The translations under genes were made by a program, and so were the position numbers. From Actinomycetota bacterium (GTDB taxonomy: Bacteria; Actinomycetota; Actinomycetes; Streptosporangiales; Streptosporangiaceae): a stretch of 64,000 bases of DNA. The notes under the pieces were generated by a model. It saw nothing but the letters and a program-made list of their open reading frames with translations, was not told the origin of the DNA and did no database searches. Below are positions 1 to 10,554 of this stretch, piece after piece. The DNA is taken from contig JAFAYQ010000065.1 of assembly GCA_019240215.1 (NCBI GenBank), forward strand, positions 30,383 to 94,382, written 5' to 3'. Position 1 is the stretch's first letter; each line of letters begins with the position of its first letter.

Positions 1-274
1 CGTGCACCAGCGCCGGGCCGCCGACCAGGGACGGGTGGACCCGCGCGATCACGAACGTCGGCGAGGTGATCGGCCCGCGCACCCCGAGGCCGTCGCCGAT
101 GCCCTGCACCAGCGTGGTCTTGCCCGCCCCGAGGGGGCCGGTCAGCACCAGCAGGTCCCCGGCCCGCAGTTCGGTGGCCAGGCGGCGGCCCAGGGCGCGC
201 ATGTCCTCAGCGGTGGGGACGTCGATCGTCTCGGTGGTGGTCACATCGGTTTTGTCGAAAGGGTTCTCAGGCAT
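1..274 (-). CDS. tsaE: tRNA threonylcarbamoyladenosine biosynthesis ATPase TsaE (N-terminal part; C-terminus beyond left edge)
   Basis: Not in the ORF track because it runs off the edge. Minus-strand translation from ATG at 272-274 gives MPENPFDKTDV...LLVLTGPLGAGKTTLVQGIGDGLGV...SPTFVIARVH. It has the P-loop and SPTF motif typical of TsaE/YjeE and lies directly downstream of alr. Confidence 0.8.
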   Translation of the reverse strand, partial: MPENPFDKTDVTTTETIDVPTAEDMRALGRRLATELRAGDLLVLTGPLGAGKTTLVQGIGDGLGVRGPITSPTFVIARVHPSLVGGPALVH

Positions 275-1405
275 TCAGCTCTGCTCGTCCTGGTAGGTCC
301 GCGGCACCCGGCCGCCGATTCCGGTGACGATCTCGTAGGAGATCGTGCCCAGCGTCTCGCCCCACTCCTGGGCGGTGGCCTCGCCGTGGTCGCCGGGGCC
401 GAACAGCACCACCTCGTCGCCGGGGGCGACCGGCTCGTCGCCGAAGTCGATCACGAACTGGTCCATGCAGACGGTGCCGGCGATCGGCCAGCGGCGGCCG
501 CGGGCGTACACCAGCGGCTGGCCGATGGCCGAGCGGGGCACGCCGTCGGCGTAGCCGAGCGGGACCAGCCCGAGGGTGGTGGCGGCGGTGGTGACGTAGC
601 GGTGCCCGTAGGACACCCCGGTGCCGGGCGGCACCCGCTTGACCTGGGCCAGCCGGGCGGTCAGGGTCATGGCCGGGCGCAGCCAGCCGGGGGCGCCGCC
701 CGGCAGGGTGGACAGGCCGTAGATGGCGCCGCCCAGCCGGACCAGGTCCAGCCGCGATTCGGGCACGGTGATGGCGGCGGCGGTGTTGGCGATGTGCCGG
801 ACCTCGGGGGTCGCCCCGGCCTTGTCGGCCTGGCGGACGGCCTCGGCGAACCGGTCCAGCTGGGCCTGGATGGTGGGGTGGCCGGGCTCGTCGGCGCAGG
901 CGAAGTGGGACCACAGGCCGACCGTCCGGACCAGGCCGCCGGCCTCGGCGGCGAGGGCGGCGTCGAGCACGGCCGGCCACTCGGCGGCGGTGGCCCCGCC
1001 CCGGCTGAGCCCGGTGTCGGCCTTGAGGTGCAGCCGGGCAGGCTGCCCGGCCCGGCGGGCGGCGGCCGCGATCTGGCCGACCAGCGCGACCGAGCCGGCG
1101 GTCAGGTCGATCCCGGCCCGGATCGCCTCCTCGTGGTCGGACTCGGCCAGCGCCATCAGGCACAGCACCGGGGCGGTGAGGCCGGCCCGGCGCAGCCGCA
1201 GCGCCTCGGCCACGTGCACCACCCCGAGCCAGTCGGCGCCGCCCGCCACCGCCGCCCGGGCGGCCTCGACGCTGCCGTGGCCGTAGCCGTCGGCCTTGAC
1301 CACCGCCATCACCTGGCGGCCGCCCATCCGGGCGCGCAGCACCTCGACGTTGCCGGTGATGGCGCTGAGGTCGATCGGTGCCTCGGCGTGCAGGTTGCCG
1401 GTCAT
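275..1405 (-). CDS. alr: alanine racemase
   Basis: 376-aa ORF with the VVKADGYGHG PLP-lysine motif and full-length alanine racemase character. Its ATG overlaps the nnr stop (ATGA). Confidence 0.93.
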   Translation of the reverse strand: MTGNLHAEAPIDLSAITGNVEVLRARMGGRQVMAVVKADGYGHGSVEAARAAVAGGADWLGVVHVAEALRLRRAGLTAPVLCLMALAESDHEEAIRAGIDLTAGSVALVGQIAAAARRAGQPARLHLKADTGLSRGGATAAEWPAVLDAALAAEAGGLVRTVGLWSHFACADEPGHPTIQAQLDRFAEAVRQADKAGATPEVRHIANTAAAITVPESRLDLVRLGGAIYGLSTLPGGAPGWLRPAMTLTARLAQVKRVPPGTGVSYGHRYVTTAATTLGLVPLGYADGVPRSAIGQPLVYARGRRWPIAGTVCMDQFVIDFGDEPVAPGDEVVLFGPGDHGEATAQEWGETLGTISYEIVTGIGGRVPRTYQDEQS

Positions 1406-2988
1406 GAGGCCCGGACCGCACGGATCGCGTCGGGGAGCGCCCGGACCACGTCGGAGGCGCCGATCGGGGCGCCCTCGAGGGTGGTGGCGAGGTCATCGGC
1501 CTCGTCGGCGTTCCCGGGGCCGGCCGCCGCCCGGCGGGCGGCCACGCCGTGCAGGAAGGCGGCCGCGGCGGCGGCGTCGGGCGGGTTCAGGCCCTGGGCC
1601 AGCAGCGAGCCGGCCAGGCCGGACAGCACGTCGCCGGAGCCGGCCGTGGCCAGCCAGGCGGTGCCGGTCGAGTTGACCCGGTCGGGGCGCGCCCAGGGAC
1701 GGTCGGGCGGTGCGCAGATGACGGTGGTGGAGCCCTTGAGCAGGACGGTCACCCCGAGCGAACGGGCCGCCGCCCGCGCGTGGGTCAGCCGCTGGGCCTC
1801 GATGTCGGCCCGGTCGGCCCCGGTCAGCCGGGACAGCTCGCCCGCGTGCGGGGTGATCAGCGTGGGCGCCGACCGCCGCAGCAGTTCGGGGTGCTCGGCC
1901 GCGATCGTCAGGCCATCCGCGTCGACCAGCACCGGCAGGTCGGTGGCGAGCACGGCCGCCAGCAGCTCGACCGAGTCCTGGTCGGTGCCCATGCCCGGGC
2001 CGGCCGCCCAGGCCTGGACCCGGCCGGCCGCGGCCAGGAAGTCCTGGGCGGTGGTGTGCTGCCAGCGGTTGCCGCCCCCGCCGGAGCCACCCTCGCCCTC
2101 GGCCGGCTCGGGTGGCAGCGGGGTGATCACGGTCTCCGGCCACCACTGGCGGACCACCTCGACCGCGGGCTGGGCGGAGATGAACCGGATCATGCCGGCC
2201 CCGCCGTGGATGGCGCCGCCGGCCGACAGCACGGCCGCGCCGGTGTAGCGCTCGCTGCCGGAGACCAGGCCGAGCACGCCGCGGCGGTACTTGTCGGAGT
2301 CGGCCGTCGGGGTGGGCAGCAGGGCGGCGATGTCGGCCGCCTGGGCCGCCACCACGTCGGGCGGGCCGGGGTTGAGGCCGATGTCGACCAGCTCGGTCAC
2401 GCCCGCGTAGGTGGCGCCCGGGTCGATCAGCAGGCCCGGCTTCCAGGTGCCGAAGGTGACGGTCACGTCGGCCCGGACGGCCCGTCCCTCGACCACGCCG
2501 GTGTCGGCGTCGACGCCGCTGGGCAGGTCGACCGCGACCACGGTGGCGATCGAGCGGCCGGCGGCGGCCGCCAGCGTGGCGTAGGGCTCGCGCAGGCCGC
2601 CGTGCCCGCCGATGCCGAGCATGCCGTCCAGGATCAGGTCGGCGTCGTCGATGGCGTCGGCCACCAGCGGGTCGCCGGGGTCGGCGATCCGGCCGCCGGC
2701 CGCCCGCAGGGTGGCCGCGCCGCCTTCGTGGATCTTCGAGCCGGCCGCCACCGCCAGCACCGCGGTGCCCCGGCGGGCCAGCTGGGCGGCCGCGTAGAGG
2801 GCGTCGCCGCCGTTGTCGCCGCTACCGGCCAGCACCACCACCCGGGCGCCGTACACCCGGCCCAGCAGCTGACCGCAGACCGCGGCCAGGCCGGTGGCGG
2901 CCCGCCGCATCAGGGTCCCGTCCGGCAGAGCGGCCATCAGCTGGGCCTCGGCCGCCCGGACCTTGGCTACCTCACGAGCTTCGCGCAT
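1402..2988 (-). CDS. nnr: bifunctional NAD(P)H-hydrate repair enzyme (epimerase/ADP-dependent dehydratase)
   Basis: 528-aa ORF. N-terminal YjeF_N-like region (VLAGSGDNGGDALY) plus a C-terminal carbohydrate-kinase-like dehydratase region (ATAGSGDVLSG). Confidence 0.85.
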   Translation of the reverse strand: MREAREVAKVRAAEAQLMAALPDGTLMRRAATGLAAVCGQLLGRVYGARVVVLAGSGDNGGDALYAAAQLARRGTAVLAVAAGSKIHEGGAATLRAAGGRIADPGDPLVADAIDDADLILDGMLGIGGHGGLREPYATLAAAAGRSIATVVAVDLPSGVDADTGVVEGRAVRADVTVTFGTWKPGLLIDPGATYAGVTELVDIGLNPGPPDVVAAQAADIAALLPTPTADSDKYRRGVLGLVSGSERYTGAAVLSAGGAIHGGAGMIRFISAQPAVEVVRQWWPETVITPLPPEPAEGEGGSGGGGNRWQHTTAQDFLAAAGRVQAWAAGPGMGTDQDSVELLAAVLATDLPVLVDADGLTIAAEHPELLRRSAPTLITPHAGELSRLTGADRADIEAQRLTHARAAARSLGVTVLLKGSTTVICAPPDRPWARPDRVNSTGTAWLATAGSGDVLSGLAGSLLAQGLNPPDAAAAAAFLHGVAARRAAAGPGNADEADDLATTLEGAPIGASDVVRALPDAIRAVRAS

Positions 2989-2993
2989 GTAGC

Positions 2994-4346
2994 TCAGGCT
3001 AGGGCGAGCCGGACCACGTCGGCGACCTGGTGGGCCACCTGGTCGGCCTGAGTGGTGTCGACGGCCTCGACCATGACCCGGATGATGGGCTCGGTGCCGC
3101 TCGGCCGGACCAGGATGCGGCCGGTACTGCCGAGGGCGGACTCCGCATCCTGGACCGCCTGGGCCAGCTCGGGCGAGGCGGCCGCCCGCTCCTTGTCGGC
3201 CGGCACGTTGATCAGCACCTGCGGGTAGCGGGTCATCACCTTGGCCGCCTCGGCCAGGCTCACCCCCCGGCGGGCCAGCACCGCCAGCAGGTGCAGGGCG
3301 GTGAGCACGCCGTCGCCGGTGGTCGCGTAGTCGGCCAGGATGATGTGGCCGGACTGCTCGCCGCCGAGGCTGTGCCCGCCCGCCAGCATCGCCTCGAGCA
3401 CGTAGCGGTCGCCGACCGGGGTCTCCACCACCGAGATGCCGGCGTCGTCCATGGCCAGCCGGAACCCGAGGTTGGACATGACCGTGACGACCACGGTGTC
3501 GCCGGCCAGGCGGCCCTCCTGCTTGAGCTCGGCGGCCAGCACGGCCAGGATCTGGTCGCCGTCGACGACCTGGCCGGAGCCGTCCACCGCCAGGCAGCGG
3601 TCGGCGTCGCCGTCGTGGGCGATGCCGAGGTCGGCGGCCTGGGACCGGACCACCGAGGCGATCGTGTCCAGGTGGGTGGAGCCGCAGCCGGAGTTGATGT
3701 TCTCACCGTCGGGCTCGACCCCGATCGCGATGACCTCGGCTCCCGCCCGGCGCAGGGCCTCGGGCGCGATCGCGTAGGCGGCCCCGTGGGCGCAGTCGAC
3801 CACCACCCGCAGGCCGGCCAGCGGCGGCTGGGCCGGCAGCGGGCCGGCCCCGAGCGAGGCGACCAGGTGGTCGAGGTACTTGTCCTGCTCACGCTCGGCG
3901 TCGACGACCCGGCCGAACCCGTGCGGGGGGCGCGGGGCGGGCGGCCCGATCAGCGCCTCGATCTGGTCCTCGACCGCGTCCGGGAGCTTGCGGCCGCCGC
4001 GGGCGAAGAACTTGATCCCGTTGTCCTTGGCCGGGTTGTGGCTGGCCGACAGGACCACGCCGAAGTCGGCGTCCAGGGCCTTGGCCAGATAGGCCACCCC
4101 GGGGGTGGGCAGCACGCCCAGCCGCAGCACGTCCACGCCCGCGCTGGCCAGCCCGGCGACCACGGCTGCCTCGAGGAACTCACCCGAGGTGCGGGGGTCG
4201 CGGCCGACCACCGCGACCGGGCGCTGGTGGGTGGCGTCCGGACCGAGCACCTGCGCGGCCGCGACCGACAGGTCGAGCGCCAGCCGGGCGGTGAGATCGG
4301 TCCCTGCTTCGCCGCGAACACCATCCGTGCCGAACAGGCGGCCCAT
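2994..4346 (-). CDS. glmM: phosphoglucosamine mutase
   Basis: The conserved N-terminus [12 protein letters not shown] starts at ATG 4344-4346 and the active-site SASHNP motif is present. The track ORF start at 4421 would overlap the rpsI terminator hairpin, so the shorter start is preferred. Confidence 0.93.
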   Translation of the reverse strand: MGRLFGTDGVRGEAGTDLTARLALDLSVAAAQVLGPDATHQRPVAVVGRDPRTSGEFLEAAVVAGLASAGVDVLRLGVLPTPGVAYLAKALDADFGVVLSASHNPAKDNGIKFFARGGRKLPDAVEDQIEALIGPPAPRPPHGFGRVVDAEREQDKYLDHLVASLGAGPLPAQPPLAGLRVVVDCAHGAAYAIAPEALRRAGAEVIAIGVEPDGENINSGCGSTHLDTIASVVRSQAADLGIAHDGDADRCLAVDGSGQVVDGDQILAVLAAELKQEGRLAGDTVVVTVMSNLGFRLAMDDAGISVVETPVGDRYVLEAMLAGGHSLGGEQSGHIILADYATTGDGVLTALHLLAVLARRGVSLAEAAKVMTRYPQVLINVPADKERAAASPELAQAVQDAESALGSTGRILVRPSGTEPIIRVMVEAVDTTQADQVAHQVADVVRLALA

Positions 4347-4416
4347 GACATCACGCTCCCCGTCTGCGTCCGAGTCGTGCCAGGTCAAGTCTGCGGAACT
4401 CCGGCCCAGCAGGGCC

Positions 4417-4456
4417 CACAAAACCGAGAGCCCGCCAGCGCGCTGCGCTGGCGGGC
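4417..4456 (-). terminator. intrinsic terminator downstream of rpsI
   Basis: 12-bp GC stem (4430-4441 gcccgccagcgc / 4445-4456 gcgctggcgggc) with a 3-nt loop. On the minus strand it is followed by tctcggttttgtg. Confidence 0.6.
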
Positions 4457-4466
4457 CCCGGGACTG

Positions 4467-4994
<528 letters not shown>

Positions 4995-5048
4995 GGTGAC
5001 TTCCTCGTGCTTCCTTGCCTGGAGCGGTCGTCTGCTCGGCGGTCATGG

Positions 5049-5492
5049 TTACTGCGAGACCTGCGTGATCTCGAACGGCACCGGCTGCTGGGCCGAGTGC
5101 GGGTGATCGGGCCCCGCGTACACCTTGAGCTTGCGCAGCGTCTTCCGGCCGAGCGAGTTCTTCGGCAGCATGCCCCGGACCGCCTTCTCGACGATCCGCT
5201 CGGGGCGCTTCTCCATGAGCTCGCCGTAGCTGACGGATCGCAGGCCACCCGGGTAGCCGGAGTGGCGGTAGGCGCGCTTCTGCTCGAGCTTGTTACCGCT
5301 GAGCGCGACCTTGTCCGCGTTGATGACGATTACGAAGTCACCGGTGTCCACGTGCGGGGCGAAGATCGGCTTGTGCTTGCCACGCAGGAGCACGGCCACC
5401 TGGCTGGCCAGGCGGCCGAGCACGACATCGGACGCGTCAATGACGTGCCACTGCCGCGTGATGTCATTGCCCTTGGGGCTGTACGTGCGCAC
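5049..5492 (-). CDS. rplM: 50S ribosomal protein L13
   Basis: GTG start at 5490-5492 gives (M)[19 protein letters not shown], the canonical L13 N-terminus. Confidence 0.95.
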   Translation of the reverse strand: MRTYSPKGNDITRQWHVIDASDVVLGRLASQVAVLLRGKHKPIFAPHVDTGDFVIVINADKVALSGNKLEQKRAYRHSGYPGGLRSVSYGELMEKRPERIVEKAVRGMLPKNSLGRKTLRKLKVYAGPDHPHSAQQPVPFEITQVSQ

Positions 5493-5792
5493 AGTCGTGC
5501 CTTTCGCATGTGGGACTCTGATCAGGAACCCGCGCCGCGACATCAGTACCCTTGAGGGAGACTGGACCGCTGCGCCGGCCACGTCCGGGGCGGAACCGCC
5601 TGACCGGACGCCACGTGCATGCTCACAACACACATGGACGCGAATGCCAAGAATACTCGGAGTTCAGGGTGCTTGGCAAAGCGATGGGAAAGCTGGGGCT
5701 GGGAACATCCCGAGAGCGCTTAGTGCCTGAGGGTAACGAAAAAATATCAGGACTGCCTTGCTGTCCGCCGGCGGGGCGATAACCTCGTTTTT

Positions 5793-7286
5793 ATGGGACA
5801 CCGGGGCACTGAAGGCTCCCGCACGCCGGAAGACTGGCAGGGCCAGCAGTACGCCGCGGCACCGTGGGACGACGACAACGGGTACAGCAGTACCACTTAC
5901 GCGAGCCACGACGACGGCCGCTACCAGACCGGCCCACACGGCTACCAGACCGGTGAGCACGACGCCTACCAGGCCGGTGAGCACGACCCGGGCCAGGGCG
6001 GGCGCGGCCCCGCCCAGGGCTACCCGCCCGCCCCGGGCCAGCCCAACCCGGTCTACCCGCAGGGCGACTTCGACTCCTGGAACGAGGCCCCGGCCGACGG
6101 CAACCAGGGGCACTGGCAGGACGCGCCCGGCCAGGGCGGCGACTGGGGCGAGGCGGGCCGGACCGGCGAGTGGGCCAGCAGCCAGACCGGCGAGTGGGCG
6201 ATGGCCGACGCCGAGCCCCGCCATTACGACGACGGCCGCGGCCAGTGGGACCAGCCCGCGCCGTACGGCCAGTGGGACGAGAACGGCCAGTTCCACCAGG
6301 ACGGCGAGGGCACCGGCGCGCACCCGACCGGGGCCCACCCGACCGGGGCGACCCAGGTGGCCGGCTGGGAGCACTCCGACTACCCCGGCTACGACGACCG
6401 CGACCCGGCCTACCAGGGTCAGGACGCGTTCGGCGACGAGATCAACGACGGCCGCGACCCGGGCCGCCGCGGGGCCGATGGCGGCGGCCGCGGGGGCCGG
6501 GGCACCCGGGGCGGCGGCAGCCGCGGCCGGGCGTCGCGGATGAAGATCATCCTGCTGACCGGGGCGGGCGCGGTCGTGCTGGCCGCGCTCGGGGCCACCG
6601 CCTACACGTTCCTGACCGGCCGGTCCGGCCACTCGGGGACGGCCGGCGCGGGCGTCACCGAGCCCAGGCTGCCCACGCCGACCGCGTCCGCCACCTCGGG
6701 CGTGTCCAAGTACGGCAAGTGGGGCTACATCACCAGCCGGGCGACCGACACCACCCCGCTGACGGTCGACGAGCTGTACCCGGCCCAGTTCGAGTTCAGC
6801 GGCCAGCAGTTCCAGCGGACCACCGACCGGGCCGACACCAACTGCAACAACGCGCTGTTCGGCAGCCAGCTGCAGAACGCGGCCAAGGCCTACGGCTGCA
6901 ACCAGGTCGTCCGGGCCAGCTACGTGTCCAGCGACCAGCAGATGATGGGCACGATCGGGGTGGTCAACCTGACCAACTCCAACGACGCGGCCAAGGCGGG
7001 CGACGCCTCCGGGTCGACCGACTTCGTCACCCCGCTGAACGGCAAGTCCGGCCCGACCAAGAACATCAGCCAGGGGACCGGCGTGGTCCAGGCCGAGTTC
7101 AAGGGTCACTACCTGATCCTCATCTGGGCCGAGTTCACCAACCTCAAGGCGCCGTCGACCACCGCCCAGCGCACCCAGCTGGAGACGTTCTCGTCCAACC
7201 TGATCTCCGGCAGCGCCAACATCGCGCTCAGCAGCCGGATGGTCAACGGCAAGCCGCAGGCGACCGCGTCCGGCGCGGCCGGCTAG
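5793..7286 (+). CDS. hypothetical single-pass membrane protein (disordered N-terminal half, TM helix, ~220-aa extracytoplasmic domain)
   Basis: 497-aa ORF on the strand opposite its neighbours, with natural-looking composition. One TM segment (IILLTGAGAVVLAALGATAYTFL). The N-terminal half is rich in G/Q/D/Y/W, with short repeats (GYQTG.., AHPTGAHPTG). The C-terminal domain has two Cys. Confidence 0.7.
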   Translation: MGHRGTEGSRTPEDWQGQQYAAAPWDDDNGYSSTTYASHDDGRYQTGPHGYQTGEHDAYQAGEHDPGQGGRGPAQGYPPAPGQPNPVYPQGDFDSWNEAPADGNQGHWQDAPGQGGDWGEAGRTGEWASSQTGEWAMADAEPRHYDDGRGQWDQPAPYGQWDENGQFHQDGEGTGAHPTGAHPTGATQVAGWEHSDYPGYDDRDPAYQGQDAFGDEINDGRDPGRRGADGGGRGGRGTRGGGSRGRASRMKIILLTGAGAVVLAALGATAYTFLTGRSGHSGTAGAGVTEPRLPTPTASATSGVSKYGKWGYITSRATDTTPLTVDELYPAQFEFSGQQFQRTTDRADTNCNNALFGSQLQNAAKAYGCNQVVRASYVSSDQQMMGTIGVVNLTNSNDAAKAGDASGSTDFVTPLNGKSGPTKNISQGTGVVQAEFKGHYLILIWAEFTNLKAPSTTAQRTQLETFSSNLISGSANIALSSRMVNGKPQATASGAAG

Positions 7287-7295
7287 GACCGGCTC

Positions 7296-8105
7296 CTAGC
7301 TCCGGACCCGGCGGGTCTCGGCCGCCCGGGCGGCCAGCTCGGGGGCGGGCGGATAGGCCACCTCGGCCAGGCACAGCCCGTGGGCGGGGGCCACGTGCAC
7401 GGCGCCGTCGCGGACGGCGGCCGCCCGCACCTGCCCGGGCCACCCGGCCGGGCGGCGGCCCTCCCCCACCGCCAGCAGCGCCCCCACCATCGCCCGCACC
7501 ATGTTGTGGCAGAACGCGTCGGCCACCACGGTCGCCTCGGCCACCCCGGCGTCGTCGCGGGCCCAGTCCAGCCGCAGCAGCCGCCGGACGGTGGTCGCGC
7601 CCTCCCGGCGGCGGCAGAACGCGGCGAAGTCGTGCTCGCCGAGCAGCCGGGCGGCGGCCGCGTTCATCTGGTCCAGCGCCAGCGGACGCGGGTACCAGAG
7701 GGTGTCGTGGCGGCGCAGCGGGTCGGTGACGGCGGCCGAGTCGGCGACCCGGTACCGGTACCGGCGCCAGAGCGCGGAGAAGCGGGCGTCGAAACCGGGC
7801 GGCGCCACCGCCAGCCGGTGCACCCGCACGTCGGGCGGTAGCACGCCGGCCAGCGACCGCAGCAGCCGATCGGTGTCGACCGGCCCAGCGGGCAGGTCGA
7901 GGTGGGCCACCTGGCCGGCCGCGTGCACGCCGGCGTCGGTCCGGCCGGCCACGGTCAGCCGGGCCGGTTCGGGTAGCCGCAGCACCCTATCGAGGGCCGC
8001 TTCGAGCACGCCCTGGACCGTGCGGCGGCCGGGCTGGGCGGCCCAGCCGGAAAAGTCCGAGCCGTCGTAGGCCAGGTCCAGCCGCAGCCGGACGGCGTCG
8101 TCCAT
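7296..8105 (-). CDS. truA: tRNA pseudouridine(38-40) synthase
   Basis: Start [22 protein letters not shown] at ATG 8103-8105, with the catalytic GRTDAGVHA motif. The 82 R/P-rich codons upstream in the track ORF are judged non-coding. Confidence 0.92.
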   Translation of the reverse strand: MDDAVRLRLDLAYDGSDFSGWAAQPGRRTVQGVLEAALDRVLRLPEPARLTVAGRTDAGVHAAGQVAHLDLPAGPVDTDRLLRSLAGVLPPDVRVHRLAVAPPGFDARFSALWRRYRYRVADSAAVTDPLRRHDTLWYPRPLALDQMNAAAARLLGEHDFAAFCRRREGATTVRRLLRLDWARDDAGVAEATVVADAFCHNMVRAMVGALLAVGEGRRPAGWPGQVRAAAVRDGAVHVAPAHGLCLAEVAYPPAPELAARAAETRRVRS

Positions 8106-8116
8106 GACGGGCCCCC

Positions 8117-8159
8117 AAGAAACGAACAGCGGGCTGTCCCGTGCTGGGACAGCCCGCTG
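8117..8159 (-). terminator. intrinsic terminator downstream of rplQ
   Basis: 14-bp stem (8127-8140 cagcgggctgtccc / 8146-8159 gggacagcccgctg). On the minus strand it is followed by ttcgtttctt. Confidence 0.65.
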
Positions 8160-8172
8160 TGGTGCTGATACC

Positions 8173-8739
8173 TCAGGCGGACTGCTCGTCCGTCTCCTCG
8201 GTGTCGTCGGCCTCGGCGGCGGCGGTGTCCTCGGTCGTGGCCTCCGCCTCGGCGGGCGCCTCGTCCTCGGCCGTCGCCTCGGCCGGAGCCTCCGCGGCCG
8301 GAGCCTCGGTCGCCGCCGCGGTGGTGGCCGGAGCCTCCTCCTGGCGGGCACGGCGGGTGCGCCGCCGCGGCCGGGAGCTGACCTCCTCCTGAACCAGCTC
8401 GATCACGGCCATGGGGGCGTTGTCGCCCTTGCGCGGCCCGATCTTGGTGATCCGGGTGTAGCCACCGTTGCGCTCGGCGAAGCCGGGCCCGATCTCGGTG
8501 AACAGCGAGTGCACGATCCCCTTGTCGGAGACGACCGTGAGCACCTGCCGCCGGGCGTGCAGGTCACCGCGCTTGGCGAAGGTGATCAGCCGCTCGGCCA
8601 CCGGGCGGAGCCGACGGGCCTTGGCCTCGGTGGTGGTGATCCGCCCATGCTCGAACAGCGCGGTGGCCAGGTTCGACAGGATGTGCCGCTGGTGGGCCGA
8701 ACTGCCGCCCAGCCGCGGCCCTTTCGTGGGCGTGGGCAT
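8173..8739 (-). CDS. rplQ: 50S ribosomal protein L17 (with ~65-aa acidic Ala/Glu/Thr C-terminal tail)
   Basis: [25 protein letters not shown]... is canonical L17. Confidence 0.96.
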   Translation of the reverse strand: MPTPTKGPRLGGSSAHQRHILSNLATALFEHGRITTTEAKARRLRPVAERLITFAKRGDLHARRQVLTVVSDKGIVHSLFTEIGPGFAERNGGYTRITKIGPRKGDNAPMAVIELVQEEVSSRPRRRTRRARQEEAPATTAAATEAPAAEAPAEATAEDEAPAEAEATTEDTAAAEADDTEETDEQSA

Positions 8740-8781
8740 TGGTTTCCTCTTTCTCGGTCAGTTATGAGGTGCCGGGCAGCG

Positions 8782-9798
8782 TCAGTACTGCTCGGTCTCG
8801 ACGTAGCTGTCGTCCTCGTCGGCCGCGTAGTTGTCCACGACCGCGCTCGGGTCGAACCCGGGCGGGGAGTCCTTGAGGGCGAGGCCCATGTCGATCAGCT
8901 TCTGCTTGACTTCCTCGATCGACTTGGCGCCGAAGTTCCTTATGTCGAGGAGGTCCTGCTCACTGCGGGAGACGAGCTCGCCGACCGTGTGGATGCCCTC
9001 GCGCTTGAGGCAGTTGTAGGAACGAACCGTCAGGTTCAGGTCCTCGATCGGCAGCGCCAGGTCGGCGGCCAGGGCCGCGTCGGTCGGCGACGGGCCGACG
9101 TCGATACCCTCGGCGTCGACGTTGAGCTCGCGGGCCAGGCCGAACAGCTCGACCAGGGTCTTGCCGGCGCTGGCGACCGCGTCCCGCGGACGGATGGAGG
9201 ACTTGGTCTCCACGTCCAGGATCAGCCGGTCGAAGTCGGTCCGCTGCTCGACACGGGTCGCCTCGACCTTGTAGCTGACCCGGGTCACCGGGGAGTAGAT
9301 CGAGTCGATCGGCACCCGGCCGATCTCCTGGCCGGGCTGCTTGTTCTGGGTGGCCGAGACGTAACCGCGACCGCGCTCGACGGTCAGCTCCATCTCCAGC
9401 TTGCCCTTGCCGTTCAGGGTGGCGATGTGCAGGTCCGGGTTGTAGACCTCGACCCCGGCGGGCGGGGTGATGTCGGCCGCGGTGACCTGGCCGGGGCCCT
9501 GCTTGCGGAGGTACATGACGACCGGCTCGTCGTGCTCGGAGGAGACGACCAGGCCCTTGAGGTTCAGGATGATGTCGGTGACATCCTCCTTGACGCCCGG
9601 CACGGTGGAGAACTCGTGCAGGACACCCTCGATGCGGATGCTGGTCACGGCCGCGCCCGGGATGGACGACAGCAGCGTCCGCCGGAGCGAGTTACCGATC
9701 GTGTACCCGAAACCCGGCTCCAGCGGCTCGATGACGAACCGGGACCGGGCCTCACCTATCTGCTCTTCGGTCAGGGTGGGACGCTGAGCGATAAGCAT
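8782..9798 (-). CDS. rpoA: DNA-directed RNA polymerase subunit alpha
   Basis: [12 protein letters not shown]... full-length RpoA. ATG at 9796-9798 is preferred over the GTG at 9804. Confidence 0.97.
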   Translation of the reverse strand: MLIAQRPTLTEEQIGEARSRFVIEPLEPGFGYTIGNSLRRTLLSSIPGAAVTSIRIEGVLHEFSTVPGVKEDVTDIILNLKGLVVSSEHDEPVVMYLRKQGPGQVTAADITPPAGVEVYNPDLHIATLNGKGKLEMELTVERGRGYVSATQNKQPGQEIGRVPIDSIYSPVTRVSYKVEATRVEQRTDFDRLILDVETKSSIRPRDAVASAGKTLVELFGLARELNVDAEGIDVGPSPTDAALAADLALPIEDLNLTVRSYNCLKREGIHTVGELVSRSEQDLLDIRNFGAKSIEEVKQKLIDMGLALKDSPPGFDPSAVVDNYAADEDDSYVETEQY

Positions 9799-9819
9799 GT
9801 GCACTTCCTTTTCCCGCGG

Positions 9820-9871
9820 CGCCCGCTATTTGACGCTCGCGACTTCGTTCCGTGACGCCCGCTATTTGACG
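9820..9871. repeat. perfect 16-nt direct repeat (cgcccgctatttgacg) at 9820-9835 and 9856-9871 in the rpsD-rpoA spacer
   Basis: Read directly from the sequence. The copies are 36 nt apart. The second copy sits inside the inverted repeat gtgacg...cgtcac. Confidence 0.9.
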
Positions 9872-9881
9872 TCACGCTGGT

Positions 9882-9905
9882 GCCGGCGGCCTGACGGCCG
9901 CCGGC
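9882..9905 (-). other. GC-rich stem-loop just downstream of rpsD (intercistronic hairpin)
   Basis: 10-bp perfect stem gccggcggcc / ggccgccggc with a 4-nt loop, 12 nt after the rpsD stop. There is no U-tract, so it may be a processing or attenuation element rather than a full terminator. Confidence 0.45.
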
Positions 9906-9916
9906 GGTCCCGCTGA

Positions 9917-10543
9917 TTACTTCGAGTAGAGCTCAACGATGAGCTGCTCCTGGACCTGCGTGTCGATCTGCGCGCGGACCGGCAGCGAGTGGACCAGGAT
10001 GCGCATCTGGTCGGGGACGACCTCGAGCCAGGCCGGCACCGTGCGCTCGCCCGCCTCGGCCTGGGCCACCACGAACGGCGTCATGTCGCGCGACTTCTGC
10101 CGCACCTCGATGATGTCGTTCTCGGCCACCCGGTAGGACGGGATGTCGACCTTGCGGCCGTTGACCGTGATGTGGCCGTGGGTGGTGAGCTGACGGGCCA
10201 TGTCCCGGCTCTTGGCGAAGCCGGCCCGGTACACGACGTTGTCCAGGCGGCTCTCCAGGATCTGGAGCAGGTTGTCGCCGGTCCGGCCGTGACGGCGGGT
10301 GGCCTCTTCGTAGTAGTTGTGGAACTGCCGCTCCAGCACCCCGTACATCCGGCGAGCCTTCTGCTTCTCGCGGATCTGCAGGAGGTACTCGCTCTCCTTG
10401 GGGCGGTTCCGGCCGTGCTCACCCGGCGGGTAAGGCCGGATCTCAATCGGGCACTTCGGCGAGTCACACTTGGCACCCTTGAGGAACAGCTTCATCTTCT
10501 CGCGGCGGCAGCGCTTGCAGTCCGCGCCCGTGTCTCGAGCCAT
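9917..10543 (-). CDS. rpsD: 30S ribosomal protein S4
   Basis: 208-aa ORF, MARDTGADCKRCRREKMKLFLKG..., canonical S4. Confidence 0.97.
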   Translation of the reverse strand: MARDTGADCKRCRREKMKLFLKGAKCDSPKCPIEIRPYPPGEHGRNRPKESEYLLQIREKQKARRMYGVLERQFHNYYEEATRRHGRTGDNLLQILESRLDNVVYRAGFAKSRDMARQLTTHGHITVNGRKVDIPSYRVAENDIIEVRQKSRDMTPFVVAQAEAGERTVPAWLEVVPDQMRILVHSLPVRAQIDTQVQEQLIVELYSK

Positions 10544-10554
10544 CGTTAACTCCC

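Noticed and set aside
2-2248. 748-aa plus ORF at the left edge, plus other long R/P/G-rich ORFs (267-1496, 1549-3051, 3030-5555, 5664-7109, 6170-7729, 8104-9855, 12006-13274, 13922-15301, 20349-21575, 21910-23787, 37968-40235, 42269-43690, 43269-44516, 45181-47202, 53596-55737, 54957-56273 upstream part)
   Set aside because: All overlap confidently identified genes in another frame or strand and have shadow-ORF composition.
6330-6360. Tandem duplication cacccgaccgggg x2, plus other short tandem repeats in coding low-complexity tails (e.g. 8190-8330 gccggagcctc x3; 20760-20900 RG-repeat DNA)
   Set aside because: These are in-frame low-complexity coding repeats (AHPTGAHPTG; acidic or RG tails of L17 and S3), not CRISPR arrays or regulatory arrays.
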